From Clostridia bacterium (GTDB lineage: Bacteria > Bacillota > Clostridia > CAKSNL01 > HGM11501): a stretch of 64,000 nucleotides of DNA. The stretch covers positions 81,618 to 145,617 of the forward strand of contig JAZQAZ010000020.1 in the NCBI GenBank assembly GCA_045545475.1, written 5' to 3'. The notes beneath the pieces are model-generated. The model ran no database searches and was not told where the DNA came from. It worked only from the letters and a program-made list of their open reading frames with translations. Made by a program: the position numbers and the translations under genes. This document shows positions 1 to 9,100 of the stretch, piece by piece; position 1 is the stretch's first letter, and the number at the start of each line of letters is the position of its first letter.

Positions 1-2103
1 GTTTATGCAAAATACGGCGTTACTCCTAAAGAATTTATTGATGTCAAAGGTCTTATGGGAGATACTTCTGACAACATCCCGGGAGTTGCAGGAATTGGTG
101 AAAAAACGGCATTTGCTCTTATAGGCGAATATAAGAGTATTGATGCGGTTTATGAAAATATTGAGACTGCAAAGCTTGGTCCCTCCGCAAAGCAAAAACT
201 TGTTGCGGGTAAGGATATGGCTTATTTGAGTAAGGAACTTGCAACAATTGATATAAATAGCCCTATTGCAGAAACTGTTGATGAGTGTGCGGTTTCAAAA
301 TACAACAACGAAGCTCTTTTGAGCCTGTTTACACGTTTGGAATTTAAGAGCTTTATAGAGCGTTGTAAGGTGGAAACTGTATCTGAGAAAAATCTCATTT
401 CTGCAAAAGAAATTACGGATGAATCGGAACTTAAGGGTATTTTATCAGGTATTGATGAATTTTGCTATTATCTTTTTAAAAGAGATGGGTTGCCTTGTGC
501 AATTGCCTTTTTAAAGGGTGATGAGGTATATTATAGCGAATTTTCTGTTTCTGCATATAAGGATGTTTTTGAAAATGAAAACATTCCTAAAATTTCTCAC
601 GGCATAAAAGAGGATATTGTAATTTTGAATAAGCTTAATGTGGAATATAAAACTTATGCTTTCGATGCCGAAATAGGTGCATATATTTTAGATCCTACGG
701 CATCGGATTATAAGCTTTCACGCCTTTCCATGGCATATCTTTCCCGTCTTACAGAGGATTTTGAAGACAAGAAATCTGTTTTAATTAACGACAATGAAAG
801 AAAGCTTGAGCTATCTGCAGATGCTGTTATGGCAGTAAGAGATTTGAGAAAGACTCTTTTGGAAAAAATAAAGGAAAACGGGCAGGAATTTTTACTTTAC
901 GAGGTGGAACTTCCTTTAATCAGCGTGCTTGCTGATATGGAAATAACAGGCTTCACAGTTGATGCAAAAATGCTTGAGGCTTATGGAAAAGAGCTTGAAC
1001 TTCGTATAAAATCCCTGGAGGACAGCATTTACTTTATGGCAGGAGAGGAGTTTAACATAAACTCTCCCAAGCAGCTTGGAACAGTTCTGTTTGAACATTT
1101 AAGCCTTCCTGTTATAAAGAAGACTAAAACCGGTTATTCCACCGATGCAGAAGTTTTGTCGGAGCTTTCGGGAAAATATCCGATCGTCGAATCGATTCTC
1201 GAATACCGCCAGATGGCAAAGCTTAAAGGAACGTATGTTGACGGAATGCTTCCATTAATCGGTGAGGACGGAAAGATTCATTCGACCTTCAATCAGACCG
1301 TAACCGCAACGGGAAGAATAAGCTCTGCAGAGCCGAATTTACAGAATATACCCGTAAGAATGGAAGAGGGAAGACGTCTTCGTAAAATGTTTACCGCAGA
1401 CAGCGAAAATGAGATTTTAATTGATGCGGACTATTCACAGATTGAGCTTCGTGTGCTTTCACATCTTTCAGGGGACGCTGCGATGCAAAAGGCCTTCCTT
1501 GACGGAACTGACATTCACAAAAGATGTGCATCGGAAATTTTTGGTGTTCCCGAAGATGAGGTTACCGAGTCCATGCGTCGTCGTGCAAAGGCGGTAAACT
1601 TTGGCATAGTTTACGGAATAAGTGAATTCGGTCTCGCAAAGGATATTCACGTTACCCGTGCGGAGGCAAAGCGATACATGGAGGCGTATTTTGCAACCTA
1701 TCCTAAAATAAAAGCCTTCATGGATAACACAGTGGCAGAGGCAAAGGTGGACGGAATAGTTAAAACCATGTTCGGTCGCCGTCGCTATATTCCCGAAATT
1801 TTATCAGGAAACTTCAACACCCGCTCTTTCGGTGAACGTGCGGCAATGAATACTCCGGTTCAGGGTACTGCGGCAGATATAATAAAAATAGCCATGGTAA
1901 GGGTAAGCAAGGCCCTTTCTGAGGAAACGGAAAGATGCCGCCTTATATTGCAGGTACATGACGAATTAATCGTTTCAGCACCCGTTAATGAGGCGGATAA
2001 AGCTGAAGAAATTTTAGTAAGGGAAATGGAAAACGCTGCAAAAATTGCAGTTCCGCTCCTTGCGGATGCGGGCCGCGGCTTTTCCTGGTATGATGCAAAA
2101 TGA
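1..2103 (+). CDS. polA: DNA polymerase I (5' end outside the window)
   Basis: Frame is open from base 1 (VYAKYGVTPKEF..LMGDTSDNIPGVAGIGEKTA, 5'-nuclease HhH). Family A motifs: TGRISSAEPNLQNIP, DADYSQIELR, RRAKAVNFGIVYG, LQVHDEL. Confidence 0.98.
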   Translation, partial: VYAKYGVTPKEFIDVKGLMGDTSDNIPGVAGIGEKTAFALIGEYKSIDAVYENIETAKLGPSAKQKLVAGKDMAYLSKELATIDINSPIAETVDECAVSKYNNEALLSLFTRLEFKSFIERCKVETVSEKNLISAKEITDESELKGILSGIDEFCYYLFKRDGLPCAIAFLKGDEVYYSEFSVSAYKDVFENENIPKISHGIKEDIVILNKLNVEYKTYAFDAEIGAYILDPTASDYKLSRLSMAYLSRLTEDFEDKKSVLINDNERKLELSADAVMAVRDLRKTLLEKIKENGQEFLLYEVELPLISVLADMEITGFTVDAKMLEAYGKELELRIKSLEDSIYFMAGEEFNINSPKQLGTVLFEHLSLPVIKKTKTGYSTDAEVLSELSGKYPIVESILEYRQMAKLKGTYVDGMLPLIGEDGKIHSTFNQTVTATGRISSAEPNLQNIPVRMEEGRRLRKMFTADSENEILIDADYSQIELRVLSHLSGDAAMQKAFLDGTDIHKRCASEIFGVPEDEVTESMRRRAKAVNFGIVYGISEFGLAKDIHVTRAEAKRYMEAYFATYPKIKAFMDNTVAEAKVDGIVKTMFGRRRYIPEILSGNFNTRSFGERAAMNTPVQGTAADIIKIAMVRVSKALSEETERCRLILQVHDELIVSAPVNEADKAEEILVREMENAAKIAVPLLADAGRGFSWYDAK

Positions 2104-2693
2104 GATATGTACTTGGATTAACCGGCGGAACAGGTGCGGGAAAAAGCTTGATAAGTGCAATACTTCAAAAAAAAGGTGCAAAGATAATTGATGCTGATAA
2201 ATTAAGCCGTGAAATAACAAAAAAGGGCGGAATAGCTTTGCCTGAAATAGAAAAAGCTTTTCCCGGTGTTGTCGAAAACGGAATACTTGACAGAAAAGCT
2301 CTTGGGAGAATAGTTTTTTCTGATAAGGAAAAGCTTTTAATATTAAATGAAATTACGCATAAATATATTATTAAGCTTACGAAAGAAGCTATAGAAACAT
2401 CAGATGGTCTTATAGTTCTCGATGCACCGCTCCTTTTTGAAGCAGGCGAGGATAAGCTTTGCGACAAGGTTATTTTCGTGGAGGCTGACGAGGCTCAGAG
2501 GCTTGAAAGAATAGTGAAAAGGGATAATTTAAGTTATGAAGATGCAATGGCAAGAATAAAAGCACGAGATCTTGACATTGTAAAGGCAAAGTGTGACTTT
2601 GTCATAGTGAATGACGGTGATGCAGATAGACTTGAAAAGGAAACAATGGAGAAAGTATTTAAATGTGTCGGAAAGGATATTTTTAATAAATGA
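2100..2693 (+). CDS. coaE: Dephospho-CoA kinase
   Basis: GLTGGTGAGKS P-loop, IIDAD, LDRKALGRIVF, DAPLLFE. Canonical position after polA, with an ATGA overlap. Confidence 0.95.
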   Translation: MRYVLGLTGGTGAGKSLISAILQKKGAKIIDADKLSREITKKGGIALPEIEKAFPGVVENGILDRKALGRIVFSDKEKLLILNEITHKYIIKLTKEAIETSDGLIVLDAPLLFEAGEDKLCDKVIFVEADEAQRLERIVKRDNLSYEDAMARIKARDLDIVKAKCDFVIVNDGDADRLEKETMEKVFKCVGKDIFNK

Positions 2694-3223
2694 AGAAAAT
2701 TTTAAGGCTTTTTATCCTTATTCTTATTGTGGCCGTGGCGTTTTCGTTCCTGCTTGGTAAAATCGAGGTTAAGTATAAGGATGAAATTGATATAATTGCG
2801 AAAGAATATTCTCTTGACAGATTTTTGGTTTATGCCCTTATAATGGCTGAAAGCGGTTTTGAGCCTGAGGCTGAATCTGTAAAAGGAGCATCCGGGCTTA
2901 TGCAGCTTACACCGGATACTGCTCTTTGGTGTGCCGGAAAAGTGGGAGATGAAAATCTCGCAGCTGAAATAACGCTCCCGGAAGTCAACATACGTCTGGG
3001 ATGCTTTTACCTTCGCTATCTTCTGGATAGATATGGAGGGGAGGAAACAAGTGCACTTGCAGCATATAATGCGGGAAGTTCCAATGTTGATGAATGGCTT
3101 GCAGACGGCACTTATTCTCCCGACGGAAAAAGCCTTACGGGAGCACCGTTCCCCGAAACAGATAATTATATTAAGAAAATAGCTTTTTATAAAAAGCTTT
3201 ATACGCTTTTGTACGGAGAATAA
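2690..3223 (+). CDS. Lytic transglycosylase (SLT domain) with N-terminal membrane anchor
   Basis: AESGF (catalytic Glu), GASGLMQL, ALAAYNAG, PFPETDNYI; hydrophobic N-terminus. Confidence 0.92.
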   Translation: MKKILRLFILILIVAVAFSFLLGKIEVKYKDEIDIIAKEYSLDRFLVYALIMAESGFEPEAESVKGASGLMQLTPDTALWCAGKVGDENLAAEITLPEVNIRLGCFYLRYLLDRYGGEETSALAAYNAGSSNVDEWLADGTYSPDGKSLTGAPFPETDNYIKKIAFYKKLYTLLYGE

Positions 3224-3225
3224 AT

Positions 3226-4053
3226 ATGGCAAATATAATTGAAATTACTGATATAAATAATCCTTGCCTGGATGTCTACTGTCGTTTAACTGAAGCACAG
3301 CTTAAAAACAAACTTGACAGAGAAAAAGGACTTTTCATAGCAGAAAGTCCAAATGTTATAAAGTACGCTCTTGAGCGTGGATATGAGCCGGTTTCACTTC
3401 TTATGGAAAGAAAGCGAATTGAGGGAAGCGGAAAAGAAATAGTGGAAAAAGCAGGAGGAATTCCCATATACACGGCAGACGGTGAAATACTTGAAAGTCT
3501 TACAGGTTACCCTCTTACACGGGGAATTTTATGTGCCATGAAGCGTCCGGCCTTGAAGAAGCCTGAAGAAATACTGAAGGGAGCAAGGCGTGTTGCGGTA
3601 TTGGAAGACATTGTTGACACAACGAATGTCGGGGCAATTTTTAGAAGTGCGGCGGCACTTGGAATTGATGCGGTGCTTTTAACGCCTTCATGCTCTGATC
3701 CCTTAAACAGAAGAACGGTGAGAGTCAGTATGGGTACAGTTTTTCAGGTGCCATGGACATACATTGGGGAGGATGCTTCCTCCTGGCCGCAAAAAGGACT
3801 TTCATTCCTTCACGAAAGAGGATTTGCAAGCTGTGCTATGGCTCTTTGGAATAACTCTGTTTCAATTGACGATGAAGGGTTAAAGAAAGAGGACAAGCTT
3901 GCAATAATCTTAGGAACGGAAGGCACCGGACTTAAAACCGAGACAATTGAATTGAGTACATATACTGTAAAAATCCCAATGCAGCACGGCGTTGATTCGC
4001 TTAATGTGGCATCGGCATCTGCGGTTGCCTTCTGGGAACTTAGGAAAAGATAA
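3226..4053 (+). CDS. TrmH/SpoU-family RNA methyltransferase
   Basis: NVGAIFRSAAALG, RVSMG, ILGTEGTGL, IPMQHGVDSLNVA SPOUT motifs. Confidence 0.92.
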   Translation: MANIIEITDINNPCLDVYCRLTEAQLKNKLDREKGLFIAESPNVIKYALERGYEPVSLLMERKRIEGSGKEIVEKAGGIPIYTADGEILESLTGYPLTRGILCAMKRPALKKPEEILKGARRVAVLEDIVDTTNVGAIFRSAAALGIDAVLLTPSCSDPLNRRTVRVSMGTVFQVPWTYIGEDASSWPQKGLSFLHERGFASCAMALWNNSVSIDDEGLKKEDKLAIILGTEGTGLKTETIELSTYTVKIPMQHGVDSLNVASASAVAFWELRKR

Positions 4054-4084
4054 AAGCTTTGGTGCAATGCACCAAAGCTTTTTT
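4052..4084 (+). terminator. Intrinsic terminator of the polA operon
   Basis: AAAAGCTTTGGTGC-AAT-GCACCAAAGCTTTT followed by more T, directly at the stop codon. Confidence 0.85.
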
Positions 4085-4086
4085 AT

Positions 4087-4143
4087 CGGGACATTCGTGA
4101 ATGTCTCCTACATTATTAAGCAGGGGAGATTTGTAATCGCCTG
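4087..4143. repeat. Divergent pair of GTAG-tagged REP-like palindromes
   Basis: 4087-4111 reads GTAGGAGACATTCACGAATGTCCCG on the minus strand. 4120-4143 reads GCAGGGGAGATTTGTAATCGCCTG on the plus strand (degenerate). Both have a tetranucleotide tag followed by a hairpin. Confidence 0.55.
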
Positions 4144-4147
4144 AATT

Positions 4148-4312
4148 TGACATTCTGACGACGGAGTTTATTAAAAACTCCTATGGAAGAATCTTAAAAA
4201 CGAAAACAGCGTGCAGAGATTCTTCGCTCATTTCATTCGCTCAGAATGACAGAGAGGAGAAGGTGCTCAGAATGACTGAGAGGATAAGGTGTTCAAAATG
4301 ACAGAGAGGAGA
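4148..4312. repeat. TGTCATTCTGA...GAAGAATCT palindromic repeat pair followed by a 26-bp tandem repeat
   Basis: Unit 4148-4194 (TGACATTCTGA..GAAGAATCT) and inverted unit 4217-4251 (AGATTCTTC..TCAGAATGACA). Then about three copies of GCTCAGAATGACAGAGAGGAGAAGGT starting at 4239, 4265 and 4291. Same family as 16472-16564 and 32854-32934. Confidence 0.85.
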
Positions 4313-5122
4313 TTATATAAACTTTCTTATAACCTCGGCAACAAAGCCTTCGTTGTTTGTAAGGGGAGAAATATATTTTGCAGTCTTTTTCGCACCCTCG
4401 GTTGCATTTTTCGGGACTGCGGAAAATGCAGCAAAGTTAAGCATTGGATTGTCGTTTTCCGAGTCGCCCATAGCAACGGTTTTTGATAAATCGAGACCAA
4501 AATGCTCGCATACCCATTTTATTCCCTTGTCCTTTCCGTTTGCTTTTAAGGATAAATCGTAATATCCCAGTGTGGAGTGAATGGTGAAAAACTTTGAAAG
4601 CTTCATAAATTCATCCTTGCCGTCTTTTTCGGGGAAGGCAATCATCTTGGATAAGCGGATGTTGTTTTCTCTTATATAATCCTCTCCCGTGATTATGGCA
4701 TCGTCCTTTGAAAAAGCAAGAAGTCTGTCCTTCTGGGTTTTCATTTCGCTTATGGGTACGTGGGTGTTGTTTTCCGGCACATTAAGTTCGTACTTCTGAA
4801 ATTCCGTATCGAAATAAAAATGCCAGCCGCACTTTTTGCATATATTATAAATTTCAATGGTTTCATCTACTGTGGTGTAATTTTCAAAAATCACATTTCT
4901 TCCGTGAAAAATTGTGGCACCGAGACTTGTTATAACTCCGTCAACCCCGGTATCAAAGGAAATCTGGTCGGGAAGGCGGCTTACCGAGCGGCCCGTGTTT
5001 ATAAAAACCATATGCCCCCTGGCACGGGCTTCTTTTATTGCTTTTAAGTTTTCCTCAGGAACCTGCTTTTCATCATTTGCCAATGTCCCGTCAATATCTA
5101 TAAAAAATGTAAATCTATCCAT
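4313..5122 (-). CDS. Cof-type HAD-superfamily hydrolase (subfamily IIB)
   Basis: FIDIDGTL, INTGRS, K..GI, AMGDSENDNPML. Start moved to ATG 5122, behind a GAGGTG RBS. Confidence 0.9.
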   Translation of the reverse strand: MDRFTFFIDIDGTLANDEKQVPEENLKAIKEARARGHMVFINTGRSVSRLPDQISFDTGVDGVITSLGATIFHGRNVIFENYTTVDETIEIYNICKKCGWHFYFDTEFQKYELNVPENNTHVPISEMKTQKDRLLAFSKDDAIITGEDYIRENNIRLSKMIAFPEKDGKDEFMKLSKFFTIHSTLGYYDLSLKANGKDKGIKWVCEHFGLDLSKTVAMGDSENDNPMLNFAAFSAVPKNATEGAKKTAKYISPLTNNEGFVAEVIRKFI

Positions 5123-5175
5123 ACAAACACCTCTTAAGCAGTATAGCATAAAGAAATAGAAATTGCAAATGAAAT

Positions 5176-5200
5176 GTAGTGGAGGGGCTTGCTCCTCCCG
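5176..5200 (+). repeat. GTAG-tagged REP-like palindrome
   Basis: GTAG-T-GGAGGGGC-TT-GCTCCTCC-CG. Confidence 0.55.
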
Positions 5201-5223
5201 TTTATCTTAAAGGAGAAGTGAAT

Positions 5224-5256
5224 AAAAAGGTTCCGATTGAAATAATCGGAACCTTT
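5224..5256 (-). terminator. Intrinsic terminator of the oxidoreductase gene
   Basis: AAAGGTTCCGATT-GAAAT-AATCGGAACCTTT; the A-run on the left is a U-tract on the minus strand. Confidence 0.8.
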
Positions 5257-5261
5257 AATAC

Positions 5262-6572
5262 TTATTTCTTAAGCTTATCCTTGGGAATGTTTACATAGTC
5301 AAATACGTTAACGGGCATACCTGAAGCCATTGACTTATTGGCACAGATACCTGTCATAATACTCATTGCACCGTCGATGTGACTTGCCGCTCTGTGGAGA
5401 GGATCATAAGGAGCATTGGGATTGAAGATATCGTCAAGCATAACGGGATCGCCGCCGCCGTGTCCGCCTTCTATTTTTTTGATCTCAACCTCATAGGGGG
5501 GCTGGAACTGAGGATAAACAACGATGCTTCTACCCTTTACAAGACCTTCCTTTTCGGAAGCATCCTGACCGTTGATATAAATATCCTCAACAACTCTCAT
5601 TTCAACTCGTCCCTTGGTACCGGTGATGCAAACCTTAAGTCCTTCGTAGGGAGAGAAAGCATTTAATGAGTAGCTCATAATTGCGCCGTTTGCATAGTTA
5701 ACAAGTACGTTCATTGTATCTTCAATGCTGATACCGTCGCCGAATACGCTCTGGTCACGAACATAACCGTCGTCCTTTTCAGCCTCCAGATACATGGTAC
5801 GGAGATAGGGGCTTGCCTCCATATTTATTGCAAAGGGATCGCCCTTGGCGTTTTCGGAGCCGTGGCAGCGGGTATAAAACTTTGTGATGCCGCGTTCTTC
5901 CGCATTTTCTCTTCCGTAGAACTTAAGTCCGCCCTGCGCATAAACTTTAACGGGGTAGGAGTTAATCCAGAAGTTTACAAGGTCGAAGTGGTGAGTTGCC
6001 TTATGAACCATAAGACCGCCGGAGTTTCTCTTGTCTCTGTGCCAGCGTCTGAAATAGTCTGCACCGTGAGCTGTGTTTAAGAGCCACTCAAAATGAATCT
6101 GCTTAACGTCACCGATTGTTCCTTCTGCAATAATTTCGCGGAGCTTTGAGTGATGGGGAGCATAACGGTAGTTAAATGAAACTCTTAAGTTTTTGCCTGT
6201 TCTTTCAATGGCATCGAGTATTTCGTTGCACTTATCGTCGTCAACCGTCATGGGCTTTTCGGAAATAACGTCGCAGCCCATTTCCATAGCCTTAACGATG
6301 TAACGGTGGTGCGTTCTGTCGATGGAGGTTACGATGACAACATCGGGCTTTTCTGTTTCAATCATCTTTTCGAACTCATCTGCACCGTAAAGGTTAACAT
6401 CGTGATAACCGAAGTTTTCCATTAAAATTTTTCTGCCAAGCTCAAGTCTTGTTCTGTTGATGTCGCAAAATGCGGTAAGTTCGCAGAGATCTTTGTATGT
6501 TGTGGCAAGTGCATTTGTCCACATTCTGGATCTTCCGCCGATACCCACCTGTACATATCTTTTCTTTTCCAT
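5262..6572 (-). CDS. Gfo/Idh/MocA-family NAD(P)-dependent oxidoreductase (YteT-like, probably sugar or sugar-acid substrate)
   Basis: VGIGGRS Rossmann start, ISEKPM, FNYRY, GADYFRRWHR, GGLMVHKATHHFD, GGHGGGD. Start ATG 6572 behind AGGAGG. Confidence 0.88.
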   Translation of the reverse strand: MEKKRYVQVGIGGRSRMWTNALATTYKDLCELTAFCDINRTRLELGRKILMENFGYHDVNLYGADEFEKMIETEKPDVVIVTSIDRTHHRYIVKAMEMGCDVISEKPMTVDDDKCNEILDAIERTGKNLRVSFNYRYAPHHSKLREIIAEGTIGDVKQIHFEWLLNTAHGADYFRRWHRDKRNSGGLMVHKATHHFDLVNFWINSYPVKVYAQGGLKFYGRENAEERGITKFYTRCHGSENAKGDPFAINMEASPYLRTMYLEAEKDDGYVRDQSVFGDGISIEDTMNVLVNYANGAIMSYSLNAFSPYEGLKVCITGTKGRVEMRVVEDIYINGQDASEKEGLVKGRSIVVYPQFQPPYEVEIKKIEGGHGGGDPVMLDDIFNPNAPYDPLHRAASHIDGAMSIMTGICANKSMASGMPVNVFDYVNIPKDKLKK

Positions 6573-6601
6573 AAAAATTTCCTCCTTAAAGAAATTTATT
6601 A

Positions 6602-6631
6602 TTGACAAACCATTGTCTTCTTTTATATAAT
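6602..6631 (+). promoter_or_regulatory. Sigma-A promoter of the AraC regulator gene
   Basis: TTGACA (6602-6607) - 18 nt - TATAAT (6626-6631). Confidence 0.6.
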
Positions 6632-6715
6632 ACACCTATAAATTTGTTTTTTCTATAAAAATATAACTATTTTTTTTCAAAAAAACAAAAATATTGCACT
6701 TTTTGGGGGGCGCTT

Positions 6716-7534
6716 ATGGATATAATACAAACTTCCGGCAAAAAAATTACTGCCGAGCGCAGCAGCTATGTAAGGCACAAAAGTATGAAATATCTTCAGC
6801 TTCACGATTATTACGAGGGCTATTTTCTTCTGGAAGGCGAAAGAAAATATTTCATTGACAGCAAGCTTTATTCCCTTCAGGCAGGTGATTTTGTTTTGGT
6901 ACCTCCCGATGTGCTTCACAGAAGTGTGGGGGATAATGCCGGCTTTTATTCAAGAGTGCTTTTGACCATTCCGAAAAAGTTTATGGAAAAAGAACTTGTT
7001 ACGGAATTTTATGAAGGAGGCACAGAATACGTGCTTAAAATTCCTGCAAAGCGAAGGAAATATCTTGAATCCATACTTGAAAAAATGGAATATGAAACGG
7101 GAAGAAATGATTCTCACAGCGAGTATCTTTTAAAAAGCTATGCAAATGAGCTTTTCATATTTTTAATAAGAATAAAGGCAAGAACGGACTTTTCAAGGGC
7201 GGACAAGGAAGCAGACCGCGTGATAGGCGAGGCAGCAAGCTTTATAAGGGAAAATTTTGATAAACCGCTTACTCTTGAAATTACGGCAAGGCGTGTCCGA
7301 ATGAGCAAAACCTATTTCTGTAAAATGTTCCGTGAAAAAACGGGCTTCGGCTTTTCCGATTATCTTGCGGGGGTAAGAATAACAGAGGCTGCAAAAATGC
7401 TTACCGATACCGATATGAATATAACGGAAATTGCTACAAAGTGCGGCTTTAATGACAGCTCCTACTTTGCAACGGTGTTCAAAAGAATAAAAGGTGTAAC
7501 ACCCGTTAAGTACAGAAAGTCAAGAGAAATTTAA
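6716..7534 (+). CDS. AraC-family transcriptional regulator (cupin sensor + double HTH), divergent from the oxidoreductase
   Basis: LHDYYEGYFLLEG..VPPDVLH cupin; ITEIATKCGFNDSSYFATVFKRIKGVTPVKYR signature. Confidence 0.93.
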   Translation: MDIIQTSGKKITAERSSYVRHKSMKYLQLHDYYEGYFLLEGERKYFIDSKLYSLQAGDFVLVPPDVLHRSVGDNAGFYSRVLLTIPKKFMEKELVTEFYEGGTEYVLKIPAKRRKYLESILEKMEYETGRNDSHSEYLLKSYANELFIFLIRIKARTDFSRADKEADRVIGEAASFIRENFDKPLTLEITARRVRMSKTYFCKMFREKTGFGFSDYLAGVRITEAAKMLTDTDMNITEIATKCGFNDSSYFATVFKRIKGVTPVKYRKSREI

Positions 7535-7552
7535 TTTTAGTCAATTTGTATA

Positions 7553-7581
7553 TTGAAAAATAACTGATATGATGCTATAAT
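7553..7581 (+). promoter_or_regulatory. Sigma-A promoter of ilvE
   Basis: TTGAAA - 17 nt - TATAAT with extended TG. Confidence 0.7.
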
Positions 7582-7614
7582 CAATCTATATTTAAAAAGA
7601 AAGAGGCGTTTTAA

Positions 7615-8640
7615 ATGGAAAAGAAGAATATTGACTGGCAGAACTTAGGCTTCGGTTATGTAAAGACAGACTACCGCTATGTGTCCGACTTTAAGGACGG
7701 TGCCTGGGACGAAGGCAGACTTACAGAGGATGCAACAATTGCAATAAGCGAATGTGCAGGCGTATTCCAGTATGCTCAGACCTGCTTTGAAGGTCTTAAA
7801 GCATATACAACAGAAGACGGAAAAATTGTTACCTTCCGTCCCGACCTTAATGCACAGAGAATGGCAGACTCCGCAAGAAGACTTGAGATGCCCGTTTTCC
7901 CCGAGGACAGATTTGTTGAAGCTGTAGCCGAGGTAGTAAAAGCAAACGCAGCTTATGTTCCTCCCTACGGAAGCGGTGCGACCCTTTATTTAAGACCCTT
8001 TATGATAGGCTCAAACCCCGTTATCGGTGTTAAGCCTGCAACAGAATATCAGTTCAGAATTTTTGCAACGCCCGTTGGCCCTTACTTCAAGGGCGGCGTT
8101 AAGCCCCTTACACTTAAGGTTGCCGATTTTGACAGAGCTGCTCCCAACGGAACAGGTAACGTTAAGGCAGGTCTTAACTATGCAATGAGCCTGCACGCTA
8201 TCGTAACTGCTCACGACGAAGGCTATGACGAAAATATGTACTTAGATGCCAAGACTCACACAAAGGTTGAAGAAACAGGCGGCGCAAACTTTATTTTCGT
8301 AACAAAGGATAAAAAGGTTGTAACTCCCAAATCAAACAGTATTCTTCCTTCAATTACACGCCGTTCATTAATGGTTGTTGCCAAGGAATATTTAGGTCTT
8401 GAGGCAGAGGAAAGAGAAATCACTTTAGAAGAAGTTAAAGACTTTGCTGAGTGCGGTCTTTGCGGAACAGCAGCTGTTATTTCTCCCGTTGGTAAAATTG
8501 TTGACCACGGCAAGGAAATCGCATTCCCCAGCGGTATGAGCGAAATGGGCGAAATTACAAAGAAGCTTTACGACACATTGACAGGTATCCAGATGGGCAG
8601 AATCGAAGCTCCCAAGGGCTGGATAAAGGAAATTCTTTAA
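7615..8640 (+). CDS. ilvE: Branched-chain amino acid aminotransferase
   Basis: YAQTCFEGLKAY, FRPDLN, LYLRPF, KAGLNYA (PLP lysine), EETGGANF, ILPSITRRS, CGTAAVISP. Confidence 0.95.
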   Translation: MEKKNIDWQNLGFGYVKTDYRYVSDFKDGAWDEGRLTEDATIAISECAGVFQYAQTCFEGLKAYTTEDGKIVTFRPDLNAQRMADSARRLEMPVFPEDRFVEAVAEVVKANAAYVPPYGSGATLYLRPFMIGSNPVIGVKPATEYQFRIFATPVGPYFKGGVKPLTLKVADFDRAAPNGTGNVKAGLNYAMSLHAIVTAHDEGYDENMYLDAKTHTKVEETGGANFIFVTKDKKVVTPKSNSILPSITRRSLMVVAKEYLGLEAEEREITLEEVKDFAECGLCGTAAVISPVGKIVDHGKEIAFPSGMSEMGEITKKLYDTLTGIQMGRIEAPKGWIKEIL

Positions 8641-8653
8641 TAAAAAGTGTGCC

Positions 8654-8678
8654 AAAGGGGCACGGAATGTGCCCCTTT
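8654..8678 (+). terminator. Probable terminator after ilvE
   Basis: AAAGGGGCAC-GGAAT-GTGCCCCTTT. Confidence 0.65.
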
Positions 8679-8709
8679 AAATATTTTTTCAAAAATATAA
8701 AAAAAGTTC

Positions 8710-8738
8710 TTGCATTATTTAAAACTTTGTGTTATAAT
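8710..8738 (+). promoter_or_regulatory. Sigma-A promoter of rpmE
   Basis: TTGCAT - 17 nt - TATAAT with extended TG. Confidence 0.7.
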
Positions 8739-8799
8739 TATGCGGTAATAGGCTGTCGGCAAAATCCGACGGCGCAAAATGAACGAGAGGTGAACGTAA

Positions 8800-9006
8800 A
8801 TGAGAGAAGGAATTCATCCTGATTATAAGCAGACAACAATCAAGTGTGCTTGTGGCGAAGTAATCGAAACAGGTTCCACAAAAGAAAACATCACAGTTGA
8901 AATCTGCTCCAAGTGCCATCCCTTCTACACAGGAAAGCAGAAGCTTGTTGATACAGGCGGTCGTGTAGAAAGATTCAGAAAGAAATTTAATCTTGAAAGC
9001 AAATAA
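8800..9006 (+). CDS. rpmE: 50S ribosomal protein L31, zinc-binding type
   Basis: [39 protein letters not shown]. Confidence 0.98.
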   Translation: MREGIHPDYKQTTIKCACGEVIETGSTKENITVEICSKCHPFYTGKQKLVDTGGRVERFRKKFNLESK

Positions 9007-9033
9007 AAAAAGTGGGCAACGCCCGCTTTTTTT
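9006..9033 (+). terminator. Intrinsic terminator of rpmE
   Basis: AAAAAAGTGGGC-AAC-GCCCGCTTTTTTT. Confidence 0.85.
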
Positions 9034-9100
9034 GTTTCTATATTGAAATTTTTTTCTATGTGTGGTAATATATAGTAAAAAGAGAAAGGTGGATTGAAAA

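Noticed and set aside
4239-4312. CRISPR-like array
   Set aside because: The units are contiguous 26-bp tandem copies with no unique spacers, and there are no cas genes.
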